A DNA stretch of 64,000 nucleotides, from the NCBI GenBank assembly GCA_040768745.1, contig JAXGMI010000001.1:1312001-1376000 (forward strand). Direction: 5' to 3'. Positions within the stretch are counted from its first letter, which is position 1. The number at the start of each line of letters is the position of its first letter. The position numbers and the translations under genes were made by a program. Below are positions 47,659 to 57,436 of the stretch, piece by piece. The stretch comes from Desulfomicrobium sp. (GTDB lineage Bacteria; Desulfobacterota; Desulfovibrionia; Desulfovibrionales; Desulfomicrobiaceae). Under the pieces are notes generated by a model. That model was not told the origin of the DNA, did not search any database, and saw only the letters and a program-made list of their open reading frames with translations.

Positions 47659-48546
47659 CTACAAATCTGATTGTTCAATCCCATCCGTCCCAAGTTTTTC
47701 CTGCAGCGCGCTGGCCACTTCGGCAATGATCCATCCCGGGGTGGACGCGCCCGCGGTCAGCCCGATGCGCTCGAATGCCGCCAATGCGTGCACCGGCAAT
47801 TCTTCGGAGGTCTCGATGTGCGTCGCATAAATTCCGGCCTCCTTGGCGATCTGGGCCAGACGCCGGGTATTGCCGCTGTTCCTCCCTCCGACGATGACCA
47901 TTGCCTGCACCTGCCGGGACAGATTGCGCACTTCGTCCTGCCTGTCCTTTGTCGCGGTGCAGATGGTGTCGAGAATCGTCATGTGCTGGTCAACGCTGGC
48001 CCATAGAAAATCTCGGATTGCGTCGAATGCCTCCCGGTCCTGCGTCGTCTGTGCGGCGAGGAAATAGGTGGTGTCGGGGGAAAGTTGGTGTGTCTGCAGC
48101 TCCTCCAGACTTTCGAAGACGGTATGTTCCGGGGCGTAGCTGATGAGCCCCTGGACTTCCGGGTGGTCGCGTTCTCCGAAAAGGAGAAGATGCTTGTCTT
48201 GGTCGGCTTGGCGTTGGATCAGAATTTGGGCTTTTTTGACTTTGGGACAGGTGGCGTCGATGAGGGTAACTCCCTGATGTTCGAGATTTTTTTGGATCTG
48301 TCTCGGGATCCCATGGGCGCGGATGACGACAACGTCAGCCGCATTCAGAGGGTGTTTTCCGTCGGTCTGTGTCACTCCGTGCTGCTGGTAGCGTTCGAGA
48401 ACCTGCGGGTTGTGGATGATGGGCCCCAGGGTGTGGATTGTTCCGCCTTGCGGTGGGGCGGCCACGGCACTGTCCAGCTTGTTTAATGCCAAGTCCACGC
48501 CCATGCAGAATCCGGCTGTCTTGGCAATGATAATTTTCATGATCAA
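47659..48546 (-). CDS. ispH: 4-hydroxy-3-methylbut-2-enyl diphosphate reductase
   Basis: AGFCMGV, IIHNPQV, IRAHG, DATCPKV, TICTAT, GLTAGASTP. Confidence 0.96.
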   Translation of the reverse strand: MIMKIIIAKTAGFCMGVDLALNKLDSAVAAPPQGGTIHTLGPIIHNPQVLERYQQHGVTQTDGKHPLNAADVVVIRAHGIPRQIQKNLEHQGVTLIDATCPKVKKAQILIQRQADQDKHLLLFGERDHPEVQGLISYAPEHTVFESLEELQTHQLSPDTTYFLAAQTTQDREAFDAIRDFLWASVDQHMTILDTICTATKDRQDEVRNLSRQVQAMVIVGGRNSGNTRRLAQIAKEAGIYATHIETSEELPVHALAAFERIGLTAGASTPGWIIAEVASALQEKLGTDGIEQSDL

Positions 48547-48552
48547 TCATCC

Positions 48553-49521
48553 TTACAATGAGGTTGATACAGGGCAGGCCTGCAAGGCACACAAGACATC
48601 CTCCCAGCTCTTGCAGAAGACGATTTCACGCCGGAGCTCTTTGGTTCCAGGAATCCCTTTGAACAATCTGGGCACAAGGGTCCTCATCTTCAGGATTCCC
48701 AGGCGATCCATGCCGTGTTCGGTGTAGAGCCCGCAAAGCTTCCGGACCATGGCCAGCATTTCATGCGGTTTTTTGCTCACAAGAGGCTGGCCTTGGCGGG
48801 CAAGGAGGTAACGTTTGAATATGCCCGGATCGTTGAGGGCGCCTCGTGCGAACATCAAACCGTCAACCCCTGTCTGCTCGATGCAGCGGATCCCGTCTTC
48901 AGCATGGAAAAGATCTCCGCTGGCCACAACCGGAAATCCGACCTTCGTCTTCAACAGAGCCAAATGCTTCCAATCGGCGTGCCCTGTGAAGCCTTGGGTG
49001 GCATAGCGAGGGTGCATGGTGATCCATCCAGCCCCTGATTGGTCCAATTCCTGTCCGATGCGAAGGTATACCGGCTGATCATGACTCCACCCGAGTCGTA
49101 TTTTGAAGCCCATGCACCCCGGCTCCACGGCCTGAACCAGAGACTTGGCCAAACGCAGAAGATGTCCGGGATCTTTGAGGAGGGCCGCGCCACTGCCTGT
49201 CCTGACAACCTTGCGCACCGAGCATCCGCAGTTCAGATCGAAATACCTGAAGCCGGATTGGCGAAGCTGTGCGATGGATGCAAGCAGAAAGGACTCCTCA
49301 GCGCCGAAAAGCTGCACGACCAGGGGATCGTCCTGCCGACAGGTCAGAAGAAGCTCCCGGGTCCCGGGGCTGCCATAGATAAGCCCCTTAGCGCTGATCA
49401 TCTCGGTGACAGCAACAGCACATCCCTGCGTCCTGCACAGCAGGCGGAAAGGGAGGTCCGAATAGCCGGCAAGTGGTGCAAGCCAGGGTCGGTCAGGAGT
49501 GATGGGATGCAGAAAGTTCAT
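48553..49521 (-). CDS. tRNA-dihydrouridine synthase family protein
   Basis: LAPLAGYSDLPFR, VQLFG, DLNCGC, GSGAALL, KIRLG. Confidence 0.92.
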   Translation of the reverse strand: MNFLHPITPDRPWLAPLAGYSDLPFRLLCRTQGCAVAVTEMISAKGLIYGSPGTRELLLTCRQDDPLVVQLFGAEESFLLASIAQLRQSGFRYFDLNCGCSVRKVVRTGSGAALLKDPGHLLRLAKSLVQAVEPGCMGFKIRLGWSHDQPVYLRIGQELDQSGAGWITMHPRYATQGFTGHADWKHLALLKTKVGFPVVASGDLFHAEDGIRCIEQTGVDGLMFARGALNDPGIFKRYLLARQGQPLVSKKPHEMLAMVRKLCGLYTEHGMDRLGILKMRTLVPRLFKGIPGTKELRREIVFCKSWEDVLCALQACPVSTSL

Positions 49522-49642
49522 AATCAGCCGATGCGGGAGAGCTGGCTGCCCGCGGTTGGAAAAGCAGGCCGGGTTGTGGCGAAAGGCGAAGCAGGGATGG
49601 TTTCACGCAGGCTTCCAAAAAAGCTCGGGAGGAGGCAGTGGC

Positions 49643-50068
49643 CTAGACCCCGGGCTGATCGATGATGAGTTCGACCTCATCCACGCTCAGGCCGGTGGCC
49701 TGAGACAGAGCCTGGACCGATTGACCGCGCCTGTGCCCGCTCAGAATTGTCTGGCGCAGAAAATGTGGAGATTTGGTGAAGGATTCCGCTTGGTCCAGAA
49801 GCCTACGCATTTCATGAGCGCGGTCTCGAAGCTTTTCTTCCAGCGAAACCAGCTCTTCCTGTCGTTTGGCAAAGGTACTGACAATTTCCTTTTCCAGTCG
49901 GGAGTTGGCATCCAGCTTCTGCAGGAATTCCTGCTGCCTGTCTTGCAGGGTGCGGACCAGTGCTTCCGATTTTCTGAGTTTCAAGAAGAAGAAAAGGGAA
50001 AGCCCCAGAAGCAGGATTTCCACCAGGGTGGAACCGGCAAGAACCCAAAGAGATATATCGGTGTCCAT
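49643..50068 (-). CDS. Membrane-anchored coiled-coil protein with a C-terminal HTH-like motif
   Basis: N-terminal TM, heptad-rich middle, SVQALSQATGLSVDEVELI. Lies at the end of the flagellar operon. Confidence 0.8.
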   Translation of the reverse strand: MDTDISLWVLAGSTLVEILLLGLSLFFFLKLRKSEALVRTLQDRQQEFLQKLDANSRLEKEIVSTFAKRQEELVSLEEKLRDRAHEMRRLLDQAESFTKSPHFLRQTILSGHRRGQSVQALSQATGLSVDEVELIIDQPGV

Positions 50069-50374
50069 TCACGCCTGCATGTCGATCAGACGTCCCTGAT
50101 CGGTTTCGACTTCCGTTTTTTCGTGGAGATGATGCCGCTTGACCACAGGAGGTGCCTGATCAGCGCGTTGCTCTTTCTCAGCAGTGACTGCTGCTTTGGT
50201 TTCGGTCGCCCGGGATTTGGATACCTGCTTTTTTTTCAGCCGCTGTTTCCGTTGAGCCAGCTCCAGGGCCATGGCCTGGTGCATTTCCGGATGAATCAGC
50301 TGTGCATGATGCATCCGCTGGGCTTCCGGAATCTGGATGATAAGGGTTGTCAGATCGAGGGTGTTGACCATCAC
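50069..50374 (-). CDS. Hypothetical protein in flagellar operon
   Basis: Tightly packed between fliL and the next gene; ends GRLIDMQA. Confidence 0.7.
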   Translation of the reverse strand: MMVNTLDLTTLIIQIPEAQRMHHAQLIHPEMHQAMALELAQRKQRLKKKQVSKSRATETKAAVTAEKEQRADQAPPVVKRHHLHEKTEVETDQGRLIDMQA

Positions 50375-51126
50375 TTCAATACGTATTCCTCAAGAAAAAT
50401 TTGCGAAACCTGACCACTCTGGAGATGTTGATTGATAACGTTAGCAATGTCCTGCTTCAATTTCTCCGAATTCCCGGGGTTACTCAGAAAGGTGAGATTG
50501 GAGTTCTTCAGGTAGCGGTATACGGCATCCCGGATGAGCAACATCTTGCCCTGGATCTCACGGTGCACAGCAGCAGAAGTGTTGGGGACATTGAAGCGGC
50601 AGGTCAGAAAGCGGATCCTGTCACCTTGGGTGTGCTCCGTATAAAATTGATCGAATGCAAAGGATCGGAATTGTCCCTGGCTTTCGGGTGTTGAGAGCGG
50701 TTCTTGTGTTTTGGGCGGGGCAGTTGCGGGTGCTGAGGTTTGGGTCTGATCCTGTTCTGCTGCGGACTGTGCGCGGTCACCTGGAACGACCGGGAGCAGG
50801 GAAAAAAAATATGCCCCGCTCAGGCCCAGGAGCAGGCACCCAAGAATCCCTGCAGTGGCGATGATCATCCGATTTTTGAAGGCAGGGCGGGAAGATGCGT
50901 TCGGAGGGATCTGCAGAGGAATCTCAAGCGGATGTTCGGACACGGATTGAACAGGGGGCTTGGGTGTGACGTCGTCTTTGTCGTTGAATTCGAGAAAAAG
51001 CGCGTCATCAAGGTCGAGTTCGACCTTTTGCAGACCTTTGAAAGAGGAGTCCGGCAGACACTCATTGCCCACGCCGACATGCGCGTCGTCAGACGATGGG
51101 AGCGCAAAGAGGACTGGAAGAATCAT
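50371..51126 (-). CDS. fliL: Flagellar basal body-associated FliL family protein
   Basis: TM followed by IRDAVYRYL...EKLKQDIANVINQHL...QIFLEEY. Confidence 0.82.
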   Translation of the reverse strand: MILPVLFALPSSDDAHVGVGNECLPDSSFKGLQKVELDLDDALFLEFNDKDDVTPKPPVQSVSEHPLEIPLQIPPNASSRPAFKNRMIIATAGILGCLLLGLSGAYFFSLLPVVPGDRAQSAAEQDQTQTSAPATAPPKTQEPLSTPESQGQFRSFAFDQFYTEHTQGDRIRFLTCRFNVPNTSAAVHREIQGKMLLIRDAVYRYLKNSNLTFLSNPGNSEKLKQDIANVINQHLQSGQVSQIFLEEYVLK

Positions 51127-51170
51127 GGAACAACGTCGCCCGGCAAAGCTGTTGCCGTGTATCTCAAGGG

Positions 51171-51551
51171 TTAATCAAAAATCTTGTTGATCTTTTGACC
51201 AAGGGTTTCAGCCGTGAACGGTTTGACGATGTAGTTGGACACTTTAGCCTGGACGGCCTCTATGATGTTTTCCTGCTGGGCCTCGGCCGTGACCATGAGA
51301 AAGGGGAGGTCTCCGAATTCCTCGCTGGCGCGGACTTTGCGCAACAATTCGATGCCGGTCATCTGGGGCATGTTCCAGTCGGAAATGATGAAGTCAATCT
51401 GGTCTTTGGTCAGAATTTCCCATGCAGCTGCCCCATCGTCAGCCTCCACAATATTGCTGAAACCGAGTTGGCGCAAAATGTTTTTGATGATCCGGCGCAT
51501 GGTCGAGAAATCGTCGACAATGAGCACTCGCATATTGGTGTTTACCGCCAT
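51171..51551 (-). CDS. cheY: Chemotaxis response regulator CheY
   Basis: VDDFSTMRRI, SDWNMP, MVTAEA, YIVKPF. Confidence 0.96.
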   Translation of the reverse strand: MAVNTNMRVLIVDDFSTMRRIIKNILRQLGFSNIVEADDGAAAWEILTKDQIDFIISDWNMPQMTGIELLRKVRASEEFGDLPFLMVTAEAQQENIIEAVQAKVSNYIVKPFTAETLGQKINKIFD

Positions 51552-51588
51552 GAGTCCCCCAGATCGTCTCTATACAACATTGACAGGG

Positions 51589-52392
51589 TCACGCGATGTC
51601 TCCGTGCAGCTGCAGGAACATTTTTTTGAGTTTTGCCAGGGCTTGGGAGTGGATCTGCGAAACTCTGCCTTCGGTGATATCAAGCACTGAAGCCACTTCC
51701 CGCATGTTCATTTCGTCGGAATAGTATAAACTCAGAACCAGCTTTTCCCGTTCGCCCAGTCTATCGATGAGATGAACCAGCTTGTCAATGATCTCCTGGA
51801 ATGCAGCGCTGGAAAAGGGTTCCCGCTGTCTGTGCCCTCCTTCAGGGATGGGTGAATATTCCTGGATCGCGTCCAGGCTGAGAATAATTTGGGAGTTGAG
51901 CGCCTCCAGGGTGGCTTCCAGTTCCGGATTGCTTTGGCCTGTGAGTTCAGCCAGTTCGCTGCGCGAGGGTACGTGTCCGTGGGTATGTTCGAATTCCCGG
52001 ATGGCCTGCTCCAGCTTCTTGATCTTTTGCCGTAGCCCCCGGGAAAACCAGTCCATACGTCGGAGCTCGTCCAGCATGGCACCGCGTATGCGGTTCTCTG
52101 CAAAGGTCTCAAAGCGGATGCCCAGACCGGGTTGAAATTTGTGCAAGGCTTCCATGAGGCCAAGGGTTCCTGCACTGATCAGATCGCCAAGGTCGATATG
52201 GGGCGGGATCTTGGCCTTCAGGTGGAGGGCGATGGCTTTGATGCGCGGGGCAAAGGCGCGGGCAATGCGGTCCTGTTTGGTGGATTCAAGGGCAGAGTAA
52301 GACGTTGCGGAGTGCTCCAGAATCGACCAGACAGGTTCGGAGGGATTATTCCGCAAAGAGGAGTGTCTTCCAAAAGAATTTGATGTTCCCAT
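51589..52392 (-). CDS. fliA: Flagellar sigma factor sigma28
   Basis: DLISAGTLGL, RIRGAMLDELR, ITEGRVSQIHSQA. Confidence 0.95.
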   Translation of the reverse strand: MGTSNSFGRHSSLRNNPSEPVWSILEHSATSYSALESTKQDRIARAFAPRIKAIALHLKAKIPPHIDLGDLISAGTLGLMEALHKFQPGLGIRFETFAENRIRGAMLDELRRMDWFSRGLRQKIKKLEQAIREFEHTHGHVPSRSELAELTGQSNPELEATLEALNSQIILSLDAIQEYSPIPEGGHRQREPFSSAAFQEIIDKLVHLIDRLGEREKLVLSLYYSDEMNMREVASVLDITEGRVSQIHSQALAKLKKMFLQLHGDIA

Positions 52393-53161
52393 CGAGATGG
52401 TCCTGCGGTTTCCATTGGATCAGGATGCGAGCCAGTTTACGCACTGCCTGGCAGGCATCGCTGGACGGCGCCAAATGGCAGAATGGCTGCTGTTTGATGA
52501 CGGACTGCCGGACAACGGGATCGAGGGGGACCGATCCCACAAAATCCAGGGAAATTCCACCTAAGAAGTGGTCGCAGGCTTTGTAAAGTTTGGCAAAGAT
52601 GTCCCTGGCTGATTTTTCACTTTTGGCCATGTTCACCAGGATGTGGAATTTATCTATGCCATGTTTGATGTTCAGGACCTTGATCAAGGCATAGGCGTCT
52701 GTCAGGGATGTCGGTTCCGGCGTGAGGACAAGAAGGCGTTCCTGGACAGCTACATTGAAGTAAAGCACGTTTTCGTTAATCCCCGCGCCTGTGTCCACAA
52801 TAAGATAATCAATGCTGTCTTCAAGTTCGTCCATGGCTTCCAGCAGTTCCAGTTTCTGGCCTGCTGAGAGGGACAGCATTTCACTTACACCACTGGCCGC
52901 TGGCAGGATCGAAAATCCGTATGCCGTCGGATAAAGGATGTCGCGGAGAGACACGCCGTCGTGAAAGACGTGGAAGAGATTTTTTTCAGGTGTCACACCC
53001 AAAACGATATCCACGTTCGCCAGGCCAAGGTCTGCATCCAGGATGGCGCAGCGCCGCCCCAAACTGCTCAGGCAAAGGGCAAGGTTGACGGAGATGTTCG
53101 TTTTTCCGACGCCTCCCTTGCCGGAGGATACCGAAAGCACGATAGGGAGATTGGCGTTCAT
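52346..53161 (-). CDS. flhG: Flagellar number regulator FlhG/FleN (MinD-like ATPase)
   Basis: SGKGGVGKT, DADLGLANVD, DTGAGI, TPEPTSLTDAYALIK. Confidence 0.95.
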   Translation of the reverse strand: MNANLPIVLSVSSGKGGVGKTNISVNLALCLSSLGRRCAILDADLGLANVDIVLGVTPEKNLFHVFHDGVSLRDILYPTAYGFSILPAASGVSEMLSLSAGQKLELLEAMDELEDSIDYLIVDTGAGINENVLYFNVAVQERLLVLTPEPTSLTDAYALIKVLNIKHGIDKFHILVNMAKSEKSARDIFAKLYKACDHFLGGISLDFVGSVPLDPVVRQSVIKQQPFCHLAPSSDACQAVRKLARILIQWKPQDHLDGNIKFFWKTLLFAE

Positions 53162-53191
53162 GCTGACCTTGTCTGCAAGCTAGATGGTTTG

Positions 53192-54250
53192 TCAGTTGGT
53201 TGCCGCGGGCAGCTCATGCCGCAGCAACAGTTTCCAGATATCCTGATCCGTGGGCTGAACCAGGGAATTTTTCAGATCCGGCCCAACTGAAAGCAGGGAA
53301 ACAGGCAGCCCCGTGATCCTGGCCTGATTGAGTATTTCCCCGTAATTACAGGCTTCATCCACTTTCGTCCAGATGATGCTGGCCGTTGAATCGGTCCGCA
53401 TTCTGGAGACGAAATTGTCCATTTGAGCCGCACCAAAAAGAGGGCTGAGGACCAGATGCATATGGACAGGAGGCAGTGTTCCGCAGGACATGCGGTTCAG
53501 CCATGCGGACATGTTCTCTGTCCCCGGCAGACCAGGGAGGTCCACAAGCACGAGGTCATGGGTTTCGGCCTCGCGGGCCAGGGAACCCCACTGCTCAATG
53601 TTGACCAGTTCTCGGTAGGTGAGGCCCGAGAGTTCCGAGTAATGCCGGAGATAGAGCCGGCCTTTGCCCTGGGATCGGTCTGCGTTGACCACCATGATGC
53701 GTGTTTCTGACCGGTTTTTCTTGACTGCCAGGGACAGGCGCAGGGCGATACTTGTTTTGCCGCTACCGTATGGACCGGCCAGGAAATGGAACTTGTGCCG
53801 CCAATTCTGAGTCAACCAGGGTGTGGCCGAAATCATGCCACTCAGAACCGACAAGGTTGACTCATGCGGGCCGCGACGAAATCTTGTCCAAAGGTCCATG
53901 AGCACATCCTGGCGCACTCCTTCCCTTTCAAGATATTCGAGGACAATCTGCTGCCTGGGAGTGAGCAAACCAAGGTCCATCTGCGGTTTGAGGACGGACA
54001 TGACCTGGTTGCGCAACCGGGACCATTCCTCGCGCAGGTCACGCAGGTCGTCGCTGTGGGTGGTGGCCAGTGGCTTTTCAGCTGGAGGCACCTGTGCGGG
54101 GTCATCCAAGGCAGCCATTATTTCGTAGTTTGCGCCGTTCCTGCGAGAATGTTTTGTGCTGCTCAAGATAATGGCTTCGGGGCCCAGTTCTTCTTTGATG
54201 CGGGCCATGATTTCCTTGGTGCTGTTGCCGGTGAAGGTTTTGACCTGCAT
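53192..54250 (-). CDS. flhF: Flagellar SRP-like GTPase FlhF (divergent)
   Basis: MQVKTF...IKEELGPEAIILS, GPYGSGKT, DLPG, TKVDE. Lies between flhA and flhG. Confidence 0.9.
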   Translation of the reverse strand: MQVKTFTGNSTKEIMARIKEELGPEAIILSSTKHSRRNGANYEIMAALDDPAQVPPAEKPLATTHSDDLRDLREEWSRLRNQVMSVLKPQMDLGLLTPRQQIVLEYLEREGVRQDVLMDLWTRFRRGPHESTLSVLSGMISATPWLTQNWRHKFHFLAGPYGSGKTSIALRLSLAVKKNRSETRIMVVNADRSQGKGRLYLRHYSELSGLTYRELVNIEQWGSLAREAETHDLVLVDLPGLPGTENMSAWLNRMSCGTLPPVHMHLVLSPLFGAAQMDNFVSRMRTDSTASIIWTKVDEACNYGEILNQARITGLPVSLLSVGPDLKNSLVQPTDQDIWKLLLRHELPAATN

Positions 54251-54251
54251 G

Positions 54252-56336
54252 TTAGAGTTCCACCATGGCTACGGATTCAAGACGGATGTCGGCCGGAATC
54301 TCCGCCTGGGAAATGACCGGCATGGTCGGCAGAAAGCGGGACAGCAGCTGGGAGAGATGATGGCGGATGGGCGGGGAGGTCAGCAGCACAGGCTGGCCTT
54401 CGGCCACGATACCTTTTTCCGCGGCCTTGTTTATGGATTGGATGATTTTGTGGGCCAGGCCCGGGTCCATGGCCAGATAGGAGCCATGGTCCGTACGCTT
54501 GATGCTGTCCTGGAATGCACTCTCGATGGCCGGGGCCAGGGAAATGATAGGCAGCAGGCTGCCTGAGCCCAGGTAGGGTTTGATGATGGTGCGGGCCAGT
54601 CGCTGGCGGACAAATTCGGTCAGCTGATCTGCGTCTTTGATGGAGGGACCGTAATCGGCAAGGCATTCCACTATGGACAGCAGGTCGCGGATGGACACAC
54701 CTTCCCGCACCAGATTTTGCAAAACCTTCTGTACAACGCCCAGAGACAGGATGCCGGGCACCAGTTCCTCCACGGCCTTGGGGGCGCGTTGGGAAAGATT
54801 GTCCAAAAGAGACTGGACCTCCTGCCGGCCCAGAAATTCGTGCAGGTTCTGCTTGAATATCTCGGTTAAATGGGTGGCGATGACCGTTGACGGGTCAACC
54901 ACCGTGTATCCCGCCATGACCGCTTCGTCTTTTTTTGAATCCGGAATCCACAGGGCCGGCAGATGGAAGGCTGGTTCCAGGGTTTCGACACCTTTGATGG
55001 CGTGGCGGGCATTGCCAGGGTCCATGGCCAGATAGTGGTCTATCATTATTTCAGCTGATGCAATGCGGTTGCCTTTGATCTGGATCACATACTCCCCGGG
55101 TTTGAGCTGCAGGTTGTCACGCAGATGCAGGGACGGAACAATCACGCCCATGTCCAGGGCAAATTGACGGCGAATGGAGCGGATGCGGGCCAGAAGGTTG
55201 CCGTGCTGTTCTTCGTCCACCAAGGGGATCAGTCCATACCCCACTTCCAACTCCATGACGTCCAGGGGCAGGAGTGTCTGCACCTCTTCGGGGCTGTCGG
55301 GGGCCGGGCTCTTCTTTTTTTTCGATTCCGGGGCCTCTGTTTCCGACTTGGTGCGGTCGGAAATGACACCAACTCCGAAGAGCAGTCCGGAGAGGACCAA
55401 GAAAGCTGTGGTGGGCATGCCAGGTACCAGGGCGAAGAGGAGCAGCACTCCGGCCACCAGCTTGAGGGCTCGGGGATGGTTGGTCAGCTGTCCGATGAAC
55501 TCTTCGCCCATGCGGGCTTCTGCCGCAGCCCGGCTGACGATGATGCCGGCCGAGGTGGAGGTGATCAAGGATGGGATTGTCGACACAAGGCCGTCGCCGA
55601 TGGTCAGCAGGGAAAAGGTCCGGGCCGCGTCCATCCAGTTCATGTCTTTTTGCAGCACCCCGATGAACATCCCTCCGACAATATTGATGAATGTTATAAA
55701 AATTCCCGCATTGACGTCCCCGGCCACAAATTTGCCTGCGCCGTCCATGGCACCGTAAAAGTCTGCCTCACGGCGCAGGTTTTCGCGCTGCTTGACCGCT
55801 TGTTCTTCGTCGATGAGTCCGGCATTGAGGTCGGCCTCAATGGCCATCTGTTTGCCCGGCATGGCATCCAGGGTGAAACGGGCGGCCACTTCTGCGATTC
55901 GTGTGGTCCCGGCGACAATGACGGTTTTATTCAGGATGAAAAGGATGAGAAAGATGACGGCACCAATGGCGAAATTGCCTCCAACAACGAATTCCCCAAA
56001 GGATTGAATGACCTTGCCGGCAGCTGAAGGACCCTGGTCTCCGTGCAGGAGGATGAGTCGGGTGGAGGCCACGTTCAGGGCCAGACGCATGAGCGTGGTC
56101 ACCAGAAGGACGGATGGAAAGATGGAAAAGTCCAGAGGCGAGGTCATAAACATGGACGTGATGAGAATGACCAGAGAGAAGGAGATGGAAAAAGCCAGAA
56201 GCACATCAAGGATAAATGTCGGCAGCGGCACCAGCATGACGAAAAGGATCAGAACTACTCCTCCGGCCAGGAGGAAGTCTCCCTGCCGGGTGAAGCGCTT
56301 GTAGTTGATGGCCATGGTTTGGGTATGTGCAGCCAT
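54252..56336 (-). CDS. flhA: Flagellar export protein FlhA
   Basis: RIAEVAARFTLDAMPGKQMAIEADL, FYGAMDGAGKFV. Confidence 0.97.
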   Translation of the reverse strand: MAAHTQTMAINYKRFTRQGDFLLAGGVVLILFVMLVPLPTFILDVLLAFSISFSLVILITSMFMTSPLDFSIFPSVLLVTTLMRLALNVASTRLILLHGDQGPSAAGKVIQSFGEFVVGGNFAIGAVIFLILFILNKTVIVAGTTRIAEVAARFTLDAMPGKQMAIEADLNAGLIDEEQAVKQRENLRREADFYGAMDGAGKFVAGDVNAGIFITFINIVGGMFIGVLQKDMNWMDAARTFSLLTIGDGLVSTIPSLITSTSAGIIVSRAAAEARMGEEFIGQLTNHPRALKLVAGVLLLFALVPGMPTTAFLVLSGLLFGVGVISDRTKSETEAPESKKKKSPAPDSPEEVQTLLPLDVMELEVGYGLIPLVDEEQHGNLLARIRSIRRQFALDMGVIVPSLHLRDNLQLKPGEYVIQIKGNRIASAEIMIDHYLAMDPGNARHAIKGVETLEPAFHLPALWIPDSKKDEAVMAGYTVVDPSTVIATHLTEIFKQNLHEFLGRQEVQSLLDNLSQRAPKAVEELVPGILSLGVVQKVLQNLVREGVSIRDLLSIVECLADYGPSIKDADQLTEFVRQRLARTIIKPYLGSGSLLPIISLAPAIESAFQDSIKRTDHGSYLAMDPGLAHKIIQSINKAAEKGIVAEGQPVLLTSPPIRHHLSQLLSRFLPTMPVISQAEIPADIRLESVAMVEL

Positions 56337-56362
56337 TATTTTGACGTCCTTGGTCTTGCGTT

Positions 56363-57430
56363 TTAGTTATGGCGGGCCCTGGTTTTGTAAATCTGGGCCA
56401 GGATCGCGGCTACGGCCTGATAGAATTCCTCGGGAATGGCCTCCCCGACCTCAACCACTTTATACAAGGCGCGTGCCAGGGGTTTGTTTTCACGTACGGG
56501 TACGCTATGGGTTCTGGCGATTTCCTTGATCTTCTCGGCTACAGCCCCTGCGCCCTTGGCCAGGATGATCGGGGCCGGGGCTTCCTGGGCATTGTAGCGG
56601 ATAGCTATGGCCAGGTGGGTCGGGTTGGTGATGACCACGTCGGCCTTTGGCACGTCGTGGATCATGCGTTTCATCATGACGGCCATCATTTTCTGGCGTT
56701 GCTTGTGCTTGATGAGGGGATCGCCCTCAGCCTGTTTGCGTTCGTCCTTGACCTCGCTTTTGGTCATCTTCAGGTTTTCCTCATAATCCCAGCGTGTATA
56801 GAGCAGGTCCGCGATGCCGATCAGGAGCATGGGGGCTACGGCATACTGGAACATAGTTTGGCTGGCCTTCAGGATGTACGATGCGATGCTTTCCGGGGTT
56901 TGGTAGAAGAGGGGAATGACCTCCCTGAAGGCTTGCTGCAGCACGACGTAGGGCCCCAGTGCCACGGCAGCGGCCATGAACAGGCTTTTGGCCAGTCGGA
57001 CCAAGGTCTGCTTGCTGAGGAAAAGCTTTTTGAACCCCGCGGCCACGTTGAACATCGTGAATTTTGGCTTGAAAACCTTGGGGGTCCAGAGGCTGCCGAC
57101 CTGCGCGCGAACCGTAACGAAAGCAACCACAGCGATGGCCAGCATGACAGGCAGAACCATGACGGCTATGCTCTGCACGCAGCTTTGGAAAAGGGATTGG
57201 GCCGAAGTCCGGGTCAGCTCGTAGGCGAAGCCTTCCCGGAAGAACCACCCCATGAGGTTTTCCATCTCGTCTCGAATGGTCCCCAGATATACCTTGAGGA
57301 CCAGAAGGCCAAAAAGAAGAATAATGGGTTTGGGCAGTTCCTGGCTCTTGGGGACGCTGCCCTCGTTTCTGGCCTTGTTGCGGCGCTTGGGTGTGGCTTT
57401 CTCGGTGCGGCTTGGGTCGTGTTGGGACAT
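56363..57430 (-). CDS. flhB: Flagellar export protein FlhB
   Basis: TEKATPKR, KMTKSEVKDE, NPTH autocleavage motif. Confidence 0.97.
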   Translation of the reverse strand: MSQHDPSRTEKATPKRRNKARNEGSVPKSQELPKPIILLFGLLVLKVYLGTIRDEMENLMGWFFREGFAYELTRTSAQSLFQSCVQSIAVMVLPVMLAIAVVAFVTVRAQVGSLWTPKVFKPKFTMFNVAAGFKKLFLSKQTLVRLAKSLFMAAAVALGPYVVLQQAFREVIPLFYQTPESIASYILKASQTMFQYAVAPMLLIGIADLLYTRWDYEENLKMTKSEVKDERKQAEGDPLIKHKQRQKMMAVMMKRMIHDVPKADVVITNPTHLAIAIRYNAQEAPAPIILAKGAGAVAEKIKEIARTHSVPVRENKPLARALYKVVEVGEAIPEEFYQAVAAILAQIYKTRARHN

Positions 57431-57436
57431 GGGATC

